Positions 1 to 9,306 of a stretch of 43,290 nucleotides of DNA are shown here, piece after piece; position 1 is the stretch's first letter, and the number at the start of each line of letters is the position of its first letter. The notes under the pieces were generated by a model. The model ran no database searches and was not told the origin of the DNA. It saw only the letters and a program-made list of their open reading frames with translations. The position numbers and the translations under genes are program-made. Source of the DNA: a virus (taxonomy: Duplodnaviria; Caudoviricetes); the IMG/VR virus record IMGVR_UViG_3300030397_000037, positions 1 to 43,290 of that record; one strand, written 5' to 3'.

Positions 1-2274
1 CTGCTCTAGTTTCCATTGAGTAAACCCAATGATATTACCTTTGAATCGTGACCCATCGATTGCCGCAGTAAACTTAGACCCGCTACGTTTTAGTTTGTCA
101 GCAATATCCCCGACCGATACAACCCCATCCCTTTTCATCTGTGGAGTAAATGAATTAGCGTTCTTACCCGAAGTAAAGCCGCCATGCTTAGCCGTAAACT
201 TACATAAAATGTCTACCAGTTTCGCTTCTATGAAATCGTCTACTGTGGCCATCTCGCCAGACTCAAGGTGCGCAATAATCTTACCAATCGAGTGCTCGGC
301 TACCGTTAAGCCCCAATCCCAATATTCCTTTGTTAGGACTGGATTGTCTGGGTTGTCGATGACCGCGCATAGTCCGGCGATGCGTTCTGCCATCTGAGGA
401 GTACGAGCCCAAAGTGGACCAACCACCTTATCCTCTTTCATGCGTGGAGTAATTACGTTGTCCTCATAGTCGAATTTGATTTGCTTCATCTCCGCTGACT
501 CAGAAATCGGGATAGTTTCAATGGTGGTCGATGGGCTGATAATATCTTGGCCTACAGCAGGTTTCGCTTGCATCTGTTTGTTCATGCGGACGTGCATTAA
601 CGTTTCGACTTGCTTTTTCACGTCAACTGGTACAACGTAGTCATCACAGTTGCGGTTAACCTTGGAGCGTTCGCCGATATGCTCGAAGATGGTGAAACGG
701 GGCAGTAGACCAGATTCAATATCGTTAGGCGTCAACTTGTCGAAGAACTTGAGTTGCGTTGATTCGCCGAGTATGGTAAAGCTCGGGCTCATAACCGATG
801 GCATATTTTTTTCCTTATCCGAGTAGGCGTTACCGGATAGGCGTCCGTTCTTACCGTTGGCCGTGTAGAGCTTTAACATCATACCACTAAGGTCGACTAA
901 GTATTGCGGGGCGCGGCTACCGGCCATGGCTCCCATTAAGTAACCCACCTCGTCAAAGACCGAGACAAAGCAAGGGTTCGCTCCAAGCATCTTGGCTAGT
1001 GCTGGCGCTGACTTAGGTTCTTGGTTGTTACCCATTACTAGATCCTCTACAGAGAATTGCGGGAACTCGGATTCGATAGCTCTCAGGATATTACGGACAC
1101 CACTTTTGCCGCTTTCCTTACCAGTACCAGAACTAGCGAGCAATGCAATATAAAGGTTTAGGCCTTGACTTCCGATACGATAGTTACGCCCTGCGATACC
1201 GGCCACAAGTCCGAGTGCCGAACCTACCGCGATAGCTGCCGACTGATAGCGCGCACCATGGTAGACCGATTCTGCAATCTTACCCATAAATCCTGGTGGC
1301 CAAGGCACGTTGCTCTTTGGCTCAATTTCTTTGTTGATTATTTCTTGAGCTTGTTTCTGTATCTTGCTTATGTCCACAGAGTTGACTGCTTCACGGCGCT
1401 CACGCTGCTCGGCTTCCATGGCCACCTTGTTCGAGAAATACTTACGCAAAGTATATTTCAACTTCTTAGGGTTCTTGAGGTGCTTGGTACGACTACCGAG
1501 TGGCGTGCGTAGGAACAGGCGCTCAATTTGTTCGTAGTTTTGTGAATAGCGTCCTAACATATCTATCAATGCCATATCTAGCAGAGAGTCGTCACCTAGA
1601 TATTTATGACCTAGTTTTTCTAGTGACGCATGGTCACCTGCGCATAGGTACTGGAATTTAAGGTGATCCTTGTCTTCTAGTAATTTGTTGATTAGCCAGT
1701 TATCGCTATATTGCTCATCCTCTGAGTATTCGTAGACCTTGTCAAAATCGATCAGTGTTCCTGACTGCGAGGATGGTGCGATCATTTCGTATACGAAGTC
1801 AACTAAATCTTGGTATTCCTCGACCGCTCTATCTTTAACGACATTGCCCGTACAAATAATGAAACGCTCGGACGAATAGATTTCGACCGTATCCTTCTTG
1901 CGTCCAGCTTCGGTTGACGCTCGGACGATAATATGGCAGCCTTTACCGCTACGCGAAAGCTCGGTATAGGAATCGAATTTGTTGACGATTCGTTCCATGT
2001 TTCGGATTAGTACGGCTTTCTGTTCCTCGGTATATTTCTCTGGTTTAGGATCATCGAGGTCAATTACCGTATAAGGATCATCCTTTGAAAGCATGAAACC
2101 GACATTCTCGTACTCGCCTGAGACTACTTTACTATATGCCTCATTGAAACTTACCCAAGTGGTCGGGTCGTTTGGTTTAGCAGGTTTACCAGTGACTGGG
2201 TTATAAGGGATTTTGTTTGCACCAGCTACTGCCCACTGCTTGAGTTCTTTTAACCCCTGTGGAAACTTTTGCAT
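1..2274 (-). CDS. Primase/polymerase (N-terminal) fused to a DUF3987-like P-loop helicase; 3' end runs off the window
   Basis: Not in the ORF track. Manual translation from ATG 2274 (MQKFPQGLKELKQWAV...) stays open to position 1 (758 codons). Prim-pol motifs GFML..DPYTVIDLD and YTELSRSGKGCHII; Walker A ASSGTGKES; Walker B VFDEVG; SGLLPRF. Confidence 0.85.
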   Translation of the reverse strand, partial: MQKFPQGLKELKQWAVAGANKIPYNPVTGKPAKPNDPTTWVSFNEAYSKVVSGEYENVGFMLSKDDPYTVIDLDDPKPEKYTEEQKAVLIRNMERIVNKFDSYTELSRSGKGCHIIVRASTEAGRKKDTVEIYSSERFIICTGNVVKDRAVEEYQDLVDFVYEMIAPSSQSGTLIDFDKVYEYSEDEQYSDNWLINKLLEDKDHLKFQYLCAGDHASLEKLGHKYLGDDSLLDMALIDMLGRYSQNYEQIERLFLRTPLGSRTKHLKNPKKLKYTLRKYFSNKVAMEAEQRERREAVNSVDISKIQKQAQEIINKEIEPKSNVPWPPGFMGKIAESVYHGARYQSAAIAVGSALGLVAGIAGRNYRIGSQGLNLYIALLASSGTGKESGKSGVRNILRAIESEFPQFSVEDLVMGNNQEPKSAPALAKMLGANPCFVSVFDEVGYLMGAMAGSRAPQYLVDLSGMMLKLYTANGKNGRLSGNAYSDKEKNMPSVMSPSFTILGESTQLKFFDKLTPNDIESGLLPRFTIFEHIGERSKVNRNCDDYVVPVDVKKQVETLMHVRMNKQMQAKPAVGQDIISPSTTIETIPISESAEMKQIKFDYEDNVITPRMKEDKVVGPLWARTPQMAERIAGLCAVIDNPDNPVLTKEYWDWGLTVAEHSIGKIIAHLESGEMATVDDFIEAKLVDILCKFTAKHGGFTSGKNANSFTPQMKRDGVVSVGDIADKLKRSGSKFTAAIDGSRFKGNIIGFTQWKLEQ

Positions 2275-2276
2275 AT

Positions 2277-2510
2277 TTATTTACCTGCTTTGCGGATTAC
2301 TTCTTCAAGAGTGAAGCCAGCCAAGTGCTCGTATATAGAAAGCACACGGTTAATATCAGGGCGACCGATCTCACCAATAGCGAACTTGCGAAGCCATTGC
2401 TCCTGAACTTCGATTTGTAGGCTTAGCGTGAAATAGGACTTTCCTTCTTCCTTTATATAGGTAAGGATTAATTCTCGTGTCTTGGACGTAATAAAGTGTT
2501 GGTTACTCAT
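2277..2510 (-). CDS. Small putative HTH DNA-binding protein
   Basis: 77 aa with GGAGG SD; WLRKFAIGEIGRPDINRV resembles an XRE/Cro-like recognition helix; directly upstream of the primase. Confidence 0.55.
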   Translation of the reverse strand: MSNQHFITSKTRELILTYIKEEGKSYFTLSLQIEVQEQWLRKFAIGEIGRPDINRVLSIYEHLAGFTLEEVIRKAGK

Positions 2511-2604
2511 AATTCCTCCGATTAAGGTTGTTATAAATATTAAAGTAAAATTTTAAGTTTTCCTACCCGCTTCAAAATATTTTTTAATTTTTTAAAGAAC
2601 CCTG

Positions 2605-2632
2605 TTGACCTATTCTCGTTTTGCCTGATAAT
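2605..2632 (+). promoter_or_regulatory. sigma70-like promoter of the rightward replication arm
   Basis: TTGACC-N16-GATAAT with an AT-rich upstream tract; GAGG SD before ATG 2666. Confidence 0.6.
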
Positions 2633-2665
2633 TAATCCAGAACTTAACGCAAACGAGGAAAAACA

Positions 2666-3109
2666 ATGTCACATAAAGCTTCAGCCATCTTTAAAGCAAC
2701 CGCAGCCATGCAACGCCGTATTAAATCTGATATGGAAGAGTCGTTGATCGACTATGGTAAGTTGATCCGCGATAAGGTGGTGGACACTAGCCTTATATCT
2801 ATTAATGCTGAAGACCAGCGCGGCACGGCTGATACTGCTTACGAGCTTATCAACGACTATCGTTTCACGGTCTCAACCACAATGGATGGCTCGCACCCAA
2901 CTGACCCTGTCAAGGTTCGTACTGTCTTAACCGCTTACCACGATGGTAACCTAGTAGGCCAAAAGCAAGTAGAAGGCACGCTGCTAGATAAGACGGCTAC
3001 GACTGGTTACTTGGAAGAAGTTAAGATTGGCTTCTCCTATATGTTCGACCTAATCTGGTTGGCCAATATGAACCTAACTCCTAAAGGTACTGAATGTGCG
3101 AAACACTAA
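2666..3109 (+). CDS. Hypothetical protein
   Basis: 147-aa ORF, GAGG SD, first gene after the promoter. Confidence 0.75.
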   Translation: MSHKASAIFKATAAMQRRIKSDMEESLIDYGKLIRDKVVDTSLISINAEDQRGTADTAYELINDYRFTVSTTMDGSHPTDPVKVRTVLTAYHDGNLVGQKQVEGTLLDKTATTGYLEEVKIGFSYMFDLIWLANMNLTPKGTECAKH

Positions 3110-3449
3110 TCTTAACCGTGCTGATGCCTTTCACGTTGGAATGGCGCAAAGATTACGAATCCGGTCTCGATTGCTTGTGGCAGTCAATAGCGGTGTCCTC
3201 ATATTTGGAAAGCCGTACTCTATTGGACGAGCGTATCGATTACTTCGTGATGTGCTTACCGTGCGATTCAGAAAACCTCGACCTGAGCTCTATTTAGTCA
3301 GAACCGAGAAGTTGGACGGCACGATGCTTACCTTTGGCCATGCTAAGAGCCTGCTCTCTGCTTTGATTTGCAAAGAGATGCACGAGCGAGTAGCGCCGGT
3401 TATGTATAGCGGCCAGCATCTTAACTTTACATTAAGGCAGTTAAAGTAA
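3096..3449 (+). CDS. Hypothetical protein
   Basis: 117-aa basic ORF overlapping its neighbours; TAATG junction with the next gene. Confidence 0.55.
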   Translation: MRNTNLNRADAFHVGMAQRLRIRSRLLVAVNSGVLIFGKPYSIGRAYRLLRDVLTVRFRKPRPELYLVRTEKLDGTMLTFGHAKSLLSALICKEMHERVAPVMYSGQHLNFTLRQLK

Positions 3450-3852
3450 TGGCTTACATCAAGGATCTGGTCGACCATAGTCACCACGAGCGCCGAGCAT
3501 GGGCGCGTGAGAAAAAAGCAAAGAGCTGCGGCCGAGAATCGAACTCGCGCTAGCAGTAACTTTGCCAATAAGGTAATCAAGGCCATCTTAAAAGCTGGAC
3601 TTAAACCTTACATTTATCATGAAAGCTGCTATAATTCAGTTTATGTCAAGTTTCACGATTTGAAGCATAGTTTGCGCATCGGGGATCATTTTTGGTCGGG
3701 ACTACCCATATAAATACCAAATCAGTCCGCATCTAGAAACGGGAACTGATATGGCTGGTCATAATGACTGCTGTGAGGTAAACTTATTTCATTCCGATGA
3801 CTTGGAATTATTAATTAAACAACTCAAAGAGGATAAATCATGTCGCAAGTAG
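3449..3852 (+). pseudogene. Hypothetical gene split by two +1 frameshifts in homopolymer runs
   Basis: Removing one base from A6 (3512-3517) and one from T5 (3689-3693) gives one 133-aa ORF from ATG 3449 to TAG 3852 (MAYIKDLV...SVYVKFHDLKHSLRIGDHFGRDYPYKYQI...CRK). Confidence 0.6.
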
Positions 3853-4253
3853 ATATGCAAAAGGTAATTGTTTGGGACACGTTGAAGAAAGAGATCGCGG
3901 CTTTGCAGATCCAAGAACGTGCACTTCGTGTGGAACTAGCGCAACAAGGCTTCGAGGGTGCTACCCTTAAAGAAGGTACGAACCGTTGCAAGCTACCCGA
4001 CCACAAGGGGCAGACCGCTTCACTAGTTCTTGATAATAAGATCGACCGCAAGGTGGATGAAGCGTCTTTGGAAGCGGTCACGGGCATCGAAGGTAAAGAA
4101 TACTTTGCGGATCTAATCCGTTGGAAACCTGAACTTAAAGCGCGAGAATATAAGAGCTTGTCACCTGAAGATAAGGTATTATTCGATCAGTGCTTGGTAA
4201 TCAAACCAGCCAATCTTCCTACCATCAAATTTGAATTGAAGGATAAGAAATAA
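3840..4253 (+). CDS. Hypothetical protein of the recombination module (N-terminal coiled coil)
   Basis: 137 aa, GAGG SD, TAATG coupling to the ATPase. Confidence 0.75.
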   Translation: MSQVDMQKVIVWDTLKKEIAALQIQERALRVELAQQGFEGATLKEGTNRCKLPDHKGQTASLVLDNKIDRKVDEASLEAVTGIEGKEYFADLIRWKPELKAREYKSLSPEDKVLFDQCLVIKPANLPTIKFELKDKK

Positions 4254-4936
4254 TGGCCTTAACCTTTTCTACTACGCGAGAGCAAGCAGCCGTTCATGGC
4301 GTCAAATGTCTCGTATATGGTAAGGCAGGTGTGGGTAAAACCACCCTGTGCGCTACGGCGCCTACCCCTATCATCTTCTCAGCGGAAGCAGGCTTGCTTT
4401 CGTTGGGTGCCCATGATATTCCGGTAGCCTTGATCAAGACGATTGACGACTTAGAAGATGCTTACCGATGGGCGACCGAGTCCCATGAAGCCTCTCAGTT
4501 CGAGACCGTCTGCTTGGATTCTATTTCGGAGATTGCCGAAGTGGTTCTATCCAATGCGAAGAAAACTTGCAAGGATCCTCGTCAAGCTTACGGTGAACTT
4601 GCTGATCGTATGGGCGTCACGATTCGCTCGTTCCGAGACTTGCACGGCAAGAATGTCTATATGGCAGCTAAGCAAGTTATGAATAAAGATGAGAATACTG
4701 GTATCCAGTCCTATGGTCCGAGCATGCCAGGAAAGTCCTTGACTCAGGGGATCTCATATTTCTTTGACGAAGTGTTTAATCTTGGTGTTAATAAAGACCA
4801 AGAAGGTAACGCTTTCCGTTACTTGCGTACTCGTCCTGATTTCCAGTACGATGCGAAAGACCGCTCAGGTCGTTTAGATGAATTTGAACCGGCAGACTTA
4901 ACTGCCATCTTTAATAAAGTAAAACTAGGAGCATAA
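4253..4936 (+). CDS. Sak4-like (AAA_24) ATPase / single-strand annealing protein
   Basis: Walker A YGKAGVGKT, LDSISE Walker B, C-terminal AKDRSG; followed by an SSB gene. Confidence 0.8.
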   Translation: MALTFSTTREQAAVHGVKCLVYGKAGVGKTTLCATAPTPIIFSAEAGLLSLGAHDIPVALIKTIDDLEDAYRWATESHEASQFETVCLDSISEIAEVVLSNAKKTCKDPRQAYGELADRMGVTIRSFRDLHGKNVYMAAKQVMNKDENTGIQSYGPSMPGKSLTQGISYFFDEVFNLGVNKDQEGNAFRYLRTRPDFQYDAKDRSGRLDEFEPADLTAIFNKVKLGA

Positions 4937-4940
4937 TCCA

Positions 4941-5690
4941 ATGGCATCATTAAACTTTAACGCAGCAGAAGTAGCACCATCAGCGCCTCGCGATCCGTTA
5001 CCGACTGGCTGGTATAACATGCAAATTACGGGTTCAGAAATGAAACCAACTAACTCAGGTACGGGTTCGTACTTGCAGTTAGAACTTACGGTATTGTCTG
5101 GCCAGTTCCAAGGCCGTAAGGTTTGGGATCGTTTAAACCTTCAGAATCAAAACCCTGTTGCCGTACAGATCGCGCAAGAAACTTTGTCTGCTATCTGTCA
5201 CGCTACTGGCGTAATGCAGGTTCAGGACTCAAGCCAGTTACACGGTTTGCCAATGGAAGTCAAGGTGCAATATAAAGACGCAGAAGGCAGCTACGATGCA
5301 AGCAATGATGTGAAAGGTTACGCTGCAGCGGGTACAGGTAACGTGAAAGAGTTAGCGGCTCAAGGCGCACCTGCCGGTGTACCCTCAATGGGCGGAGCAC
5401 CAGCTTCAGCGCCAGTGGCCGCACCAGCCGCAGCACCTCAACCCGCACCTGCAGTACAACCAGCCGCTGCCCCAGCAGCCCAACCAGCTCCAGCCGCCGC
5501 ACCCGCTCCGGCGCCAGAGCAGCAAGCTACACCAGTGGCTCAACCAGCCGCTCAGCCTCAGCCTGCTGCTGAAGCTGCCCCTGCGACTGCTGCTGCACCT
5601 CAGCCTGCTCAGTCTGAGGTACCTGCTGCTACTGCTGCTCCTGCTGGTGGCGGTGCTACTCCTCCTTGGATGAACCAAGCTCAGCAATAA
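4941..5690 (+). CDS. DUF669-family single-stranded DNA-binding protein
   Basis: PLPTGWY, GRKVWDRLNL, LSAICHATG motifs; long Ala/Pro/Gln linker; PPW near the C-terminus. Confidence 0.8.
   Translation: MASLNFNAAEVAPSAPRDPLPTGWYNMQITGSEMKPTNSGTGSYLQLELTVLSGQFQGRKVWDRLNLQNQNPVAVQIAQETLSAICHATGVMQVQDSSQLHGLPMEVKVQYKDAEGSYDASNDVKGYAAAGTGNVKELAAQGAPAGVPSMGGAPASAPVAAPAAAPQPAPAVQPAAAPAAQPAPAAAPAPAPEQQATPVAQPAAQPQPAAEAAPATAAAPQPAQSEVPAATAAPAGGGATPPWMNQAQQ
5365..5660 (+). repeat. Low-complexity imperfect repeats encoding the Ala/Pro/Gln linker of the SSB
   Basis: Recurrent cagccgc/ctgctgc/cagcctg units giving AQPAA/APAPA repeats. Confidence 0.7.
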
Positions 5691-5695
5691 TCCAC

Positions 5696-5718
5696 AAGGG
5701 GCTTCGCGCCCCTTTCTT
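5696..5718 (+). terminator. Intrinsic terminator after the SSB gene
   Basis: AAGGGGC-TTCGC-GCCCCTT followed by TCTT. Confidence 0.7.
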
Positions 5719-5741
5719 CCCCTAGCAAAGAGACCATTACC

Positions 5742-6755
5742 ATGCAATTAGCGCAAGAACTACTCGACCGTATTAACCAATCAATCGAAGATAATCAACC
5801 AGTAAGTTTCCGCAACCATTTGGGAGCATCCCTAATTGGTGACGAATGTTTGCGAAAGCTTTGGTATACCTTTCACTGGGCAAAGCGTGTTAAACACGAT
5901 GGGCGTCTGTTGCGTCTTTTCTCTCGCGGCCATGAGGAGGAACCACGTTTAGTTAAGTGGCTTAAGGGTACTGGTATGTCGATTTGGGAAGTTAACGAGC
6001 ACGGTAATCAGTTCAAGTGCGTAGGCTATAAAGGGCACTTTGGCGGGTCGCTGGATGGCGTTGGTATGTTCGAGGGCGAGCCGCCATTCCTATTAGAGTT
6101 CAAGACTAGCGGTGACAAGCCATACGCTAAACTAGTCAAGGAAGGGGTAGCGAAAGCTAAGCCAGTCCACTTTGCCCAGATGCAAATCTATATGGGCGCT
6201 TATAGCTTGACCCGAGCTTTATATGTCGCGGTTAATAAGAATAATGATGACTTGCATCTGGAATGGGTAGACTTCGATCAAGCCGAGTGCGACCGTCTTA
6301 ATCAACGTGCGCAGTGGGTTATCGATGCAAATGAAGCACCGGAACGTATCGCAGGCGCAAGCACCGGTAACTTTATCTGCCGATTCTGCGACTTTAAGAA
6401 TATCTGTTTTGCCTTTGAAGCTCCTGATCGTAATTGCCGTACCTGCGCTCATAGCACCCCTGTGGCCAATGGGGAATGGTCATGCGTTAAGGATGGTTAC
6501 ATCGATTCGCGTATCATCGCTAAGACAGTTAATGACGAACTATTACCATCTAAGTGTAATGAGTATTTACTCAACGGTACCATGATCGGCCGTATCGAAG
6601 ATGTCGAAGATCGTCCGCTAAGCGAGCGAGTGGCAGAGCAACTACCGACTAATCACGTTAGAGTACCAAGCCGCTTGTTAGTTAAGACTATTCAAGGTAA
6701 AATGGTCACGCTTGAAACTGGTATGGGCAAAGAGGAGGTAGACGAACTATTATGA
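5742..6755 (+). CDS. Cas4-like PD-(D/E)xK exonuclease
   Basis: HLGASLIGDEC, GSLDG...LLEFKT, QMQIYM, C-terminal CRFCDFKNIC cysteines. Confidence 0.85.
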   Translation: MQLAQELLDRINQSIEDNQPVSFRNHLGASLIGDECLRKLWYTFHWAKRVKHDGRLLRLFSRGHEEEPRLVKWLKGTGMSIWEVNEHGNQFKCVGYKGHFGGSLDGVGMFEGEPPFLLEFKTSGDKPYAKLVKEGVAKAKPVHFAQMQIYMGAYSLTRALYVAVNKNNDDLHLEWVDFDQAECDRLNQRAQWVIDANEAPERIAGASTGNFICRFCDFKNICFAFEAPDRNCRTCAHSTPVANGEWSCVKDGYIDSRIIAKTVNDELLPSKCNEYLLNGTMIGRIEDVEDRPLSERVAEQLPTNHVRVPSRLLVKTIQGKMVTLETGMGKEEVDELL

Positions 6756-8347
6756 AATTGCGATACTATCAAGAAGAAGCCGTCCAATCAATCTGGACAT
6801 ATTTTCAGGGTAGCTCTGGGAATCCGATCATCGCGCTCCCTACCGGAACAGGAAAAAGTATTGTCATCGCCGAGTTGGTTAAGCGCATCTGTACCCAATA
6901 CCAAGGCCAGCGAATAATGAAGCTGACCCACGTTAAGGAGTTGATTGAGCAGAACTTCGAGAAGCTGATCTCGCTATGGCCTTCTGCGCCTGCGGGTATC
7001 TACTCGGCGGGCTTGAACCGTAAAGACGTAGACAAGCAAATCATCTTCGCTGGTATTGCTTCGGTGGCCAAGTGCCCTGAAGCTTTCGGTCATATCGATC
7101 TGATCATTATTGACGAATGTCACCTAGTTTCCCCTAATCAGGAGACTATGTACCGAGCGTTCATTCAGAAGCTGCTATCCGTTAATCCCTACCTAAAAGT
7201 AATAGGGCTAACGGCCACCCCGTATCGATTAAAAACGGGAGTCCTCACGGAGGACGGGATCTTTACCGACATTTGCTATGATCGTACCACAATGGCTGCG
7301 TTCAACCAGTTGGTAGACGATGGTTTCCTGAGTCCGCTAGTACCGAAGGCGACTAAAACCGAATTGGATCTGGAAGGCGTCCGAACTACGGCAGGCGAAT
7401 ATAATCAGAAAGACCTAGCGGCCAAAGTCGATATTGACCTGATCAATAACTCTGCGGTCAACGAGATTATGACTGCATTAGAAACTCGTAATAAGTGTTT
7501 AATCTTCGCTACCAGTATCGAGCATTGTATCCACCTAGTCGACCTGTTCGATAGTTATGACATCCCCGCTAAAGCCGTGCATTCCAAGATGAAAGCCGCC
7601 GAGCGAGACCAAATACTTAGGGACTTTAAAATGGGGAGAATCCCCGTTTTAATTAACCGTGACATTTTGACTACCGGCTTCGATTGCCCAGACGTTGACC
7701 TCATTGGCGTACTGCGTCCAACCAAGTCTGCTTCCCTTTGGGTTCAGATGCTGGGTCGTGGTACCCGTATCGCAGATGGTAAATCCGATTGCCTAGTCTT
7801 GGACTTTGCTGGTAATACAGCTCGCCTTGGTCCAGTTAATGATCCGGTAATTCCTAGATCGCGCAAACAAGGTAAAGGTTCTCCTAGCGATGCTCCTGTC
7901 CGATTATGCGAGGAGTGCAATACCTATGTTCACGCTAGTCTTAGAGTCTGCCCACATTGCGGCCACGAGTTCCCAGTTAATAACAAGCTTAGCGTGATGG
8001 CATCGACCCGAGAACTTATCAAGCGAGATGATACGCCTGAGGTAGTCGACTTGCAGGTAAGCCAATTGACGTTCCGTCCATACGTAAAGGCAGGGCGACC
8101 TACCAGCTTGAAGGCAACCTACCATTGTGGATTGCGCACGTTCCATAACTACATCTGCTTGGAGCACCAAGGCTATGCGCAGGTTAAAGCTGGCAAGTGG
8201 TGGAAAGAATTGGGCGGCTTAGATCCAGTACCTAAGACCGTGAACGAGGCGCTTGAACGTGATAAGGAGCTAATGGTTCCTGCCACTATTCGAGTTTGGA
8301 TCAATAAGAAATATCCGGAGATAATGGGTCATGGATTCGCAGAATGA
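6752..8347 (+). CDS. Superfamily 2 helicase (RadD/YejH-like) with Zn finger
   Basis: LRYYQ Q-motif, PTGTGKS, DECH, TATP, LTTGFD, QMLGRGTR, CEEC...CPHC. Confidence 0.92.
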   Translation: MKLRYYQEEAVQSIWTYFQGSSGNPIIALPTGTGKSIVIAELVKRICTQYQGQRIMKLTHVKELIEQNFEKLISLWPSAPAGIYSAGLNRKDVDKQIIFAGIASVAKCPEAFGHIDLIIIDECHLVSPNQETMYRAFIQKLLSVNPYLKVIGLTATPYRLKTGVLTEDGIFTDICYDRTTMAAFNQLVDDGFLSPLVPKATKTELDLEGVRTTAGEYNQKDLAAKVDIDLINNSAVNEIMTALETRNKCLIFATSIEHCIHLVDLFDSYDIPAKAVHSKMKAAERDQILRDFKMGRIPVLINRDILTTGFDCPDVDLIGVLRPTKSASLWVQMLGRGTRIADGKSDCLVLDFAGNTARLGPVNDPVIPRSRKQGKGSPSDAPVRLCEECNTYVHASLRVCPHCGHEFPVNNKLSVMASTRELIKRDDTPEVVDLQVSQLTFRPYVKAGRPTSLKATYHCGLRTFHNYICLEHQGYAQVKAGKWWKELGGLDPVPKTVNEALERDKELMVPATIRVWINKKYPEIMGHGFAE

Positions 8348-8522
8348 TAGTCCTGATAAGCAAATACGGCGGGTATTAGACAATAGCGGCTTAGTCCGCA
8401 CCTGTCTTACCTGCGAGTGGTGGGATAAGAGCAAGCAGCAATGCGGCACTTATAACTCAGTTCCGCCACCCGAGATCATAGCCTACGCTTGTCCCGAGTG
8501 GCAGCAGGAAATACCTTTTTGA
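8331..8522 (+). CDS. Small Cys-rich protein ending in EIPF
   Basis: 63 aa, CLTC...C...C; overlaps the helicase stop and fills the gap before the next promoter. Confidence 0.65.
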   Translation: MDSQNDSPDKQIRRVLDNSGLVRTCLTCEWWDKSKQQCGTYNSVPPPEIIAYACPEWQQEIPF

Positions 8523-8553
8523 TGTTTTTCTGCCTTTTCTTTAGCAAAAGGTG

Positions 8554-8582
8554 TTGACGCATCCCTCAATAATCATGATAAT
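8554..8582 (+). promoter_or_regulatory. sigma70-like promoter
   Basis: TTGACG-N17-GATAAT. Confidence 0.7.
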
Positions 8583-8639
8583 GTTTATAACAAATGAGGG
8601 ATGACTACCTTCGTAATCACAAGCAAAGAGGAAATAAAA

Positions 8640-9218
8640 ATGTCATTATCTACTAACGAAGTAACAAAATTCGCAATCGACTTCACAGCGTTACAATTGC
8701 TTCCTTTATATAACCACACTCAAGCGGCACTAGGTGGTAAAGAGTTAAAACGCTTCCGTTCAAACATGCAGGCTCGCGAGCGTATCGCTGAAGCATTAAT
8801 GGCTTGGCAAGAAGCGAACCCTGAGCAAGACGTATTGATCAAAGAGTCAATCGAGTTGGGCGAAGTATTAGCCGCTGAAGTTGAAGTGGAAGACGATTTA
8901 GATACTCCGAACCGCCGTGAAATGACTTATACTGAAGCAGGCGATCCAATCGCAGTGGAAGACTTAGAGAAGCAGCAAGCGGAAGAAGTTAAAGAAGAAG
9001 TTAAAGAAGAAGCTCCGAAGAAAGAACGCAAGAAAGGTTCGTGTGCGGAGTTATGGGAAATCTTTGATCGCTTATGGAACGAACACTTCGCTGACGGTAC
9101 GGCGACTAAGAATCCAAGCCGCAAAGCAATCATTGATAAATGTGTAGAGTTAGGTTATAATAAGTTTACGGCTCGAACACAATACCAGCAGTTCTTTAGC
9201 CATAAGACATCAAAATAA
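8640..9218 (+). CDS. Putative DNA-binding protein: acidic linker plus C-terminal helical domain (paralog 1)
   Basis: Start ATG 8640 after AAGAGG (ORF track starts at 8601); C-terminal GSCAELWEIFD...RKAIIDKC...GYNKFTARTQY. Confidence 0.7.
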   Translation: MSLSTNEVTKFAIDFTALQLLPLYNHTQAALGGKELKRFRSNMQARERIAEALMAWQEANPEQDVLIKESIELGEVLAAEVEVEDDLDTPNRREMTYTEAGDPIAVEDLEKQQAEEVKEEVKEEAPKKERKKGSCAELWEIFDRLWNEHFADGTATKNPSRKAIIDKCVELGYNKFTARTQYQQFFSHKTSK

Positions 9219-9224
9219 TTACTT

Positions 9225-9245
9225 GGCCGGATCAAAAGTCCGGCC
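9225..9245 (+). other. Intergenic hairpin (terminator or processing site)
   Basis: GGCCGGA-TCAAAAG-TCCGGCC, no clear U-tract. Confidence 0.45.
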
Positions 9246-9306
9246 TAAACCTCTAGCAATATGTCGAAATTGATATATACTAGATAATCTAAAGTGGAGA
9301 AAGCAC

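Noticed and set aside
29-1512. + strand ORFs 29..397 and 1165..1512
   Set aside because: Antisense shadows of the primase-helicase, which has clear motifs on the - strand.
2277-2666. Lysogeny switch (divergent promoters plus HTH)
   Set aside because: No integrase, partition genes or CI-like peptidase domain found; the HTH is co-oriented with the primase.
5260-5747. Alternative-frame ORFs over the SSB linker
   Set aside because: Artefacts of low-complexity, stop-poor Ala/Pro/Gln codons.
5742-6755. Cas4-like nuclease as evidence of CRISPR-Cas
   Set aside because: No repeat-spacer array or other cas genes; solo Cas4-like exonucleases are common in phage recombination modules.
8982-9011. 12-bp tandem repeat GAAGAAGTTAAA
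   Set aside because: Simply encodes EEVKEEVKEE in an acidic linker; too short for an array.
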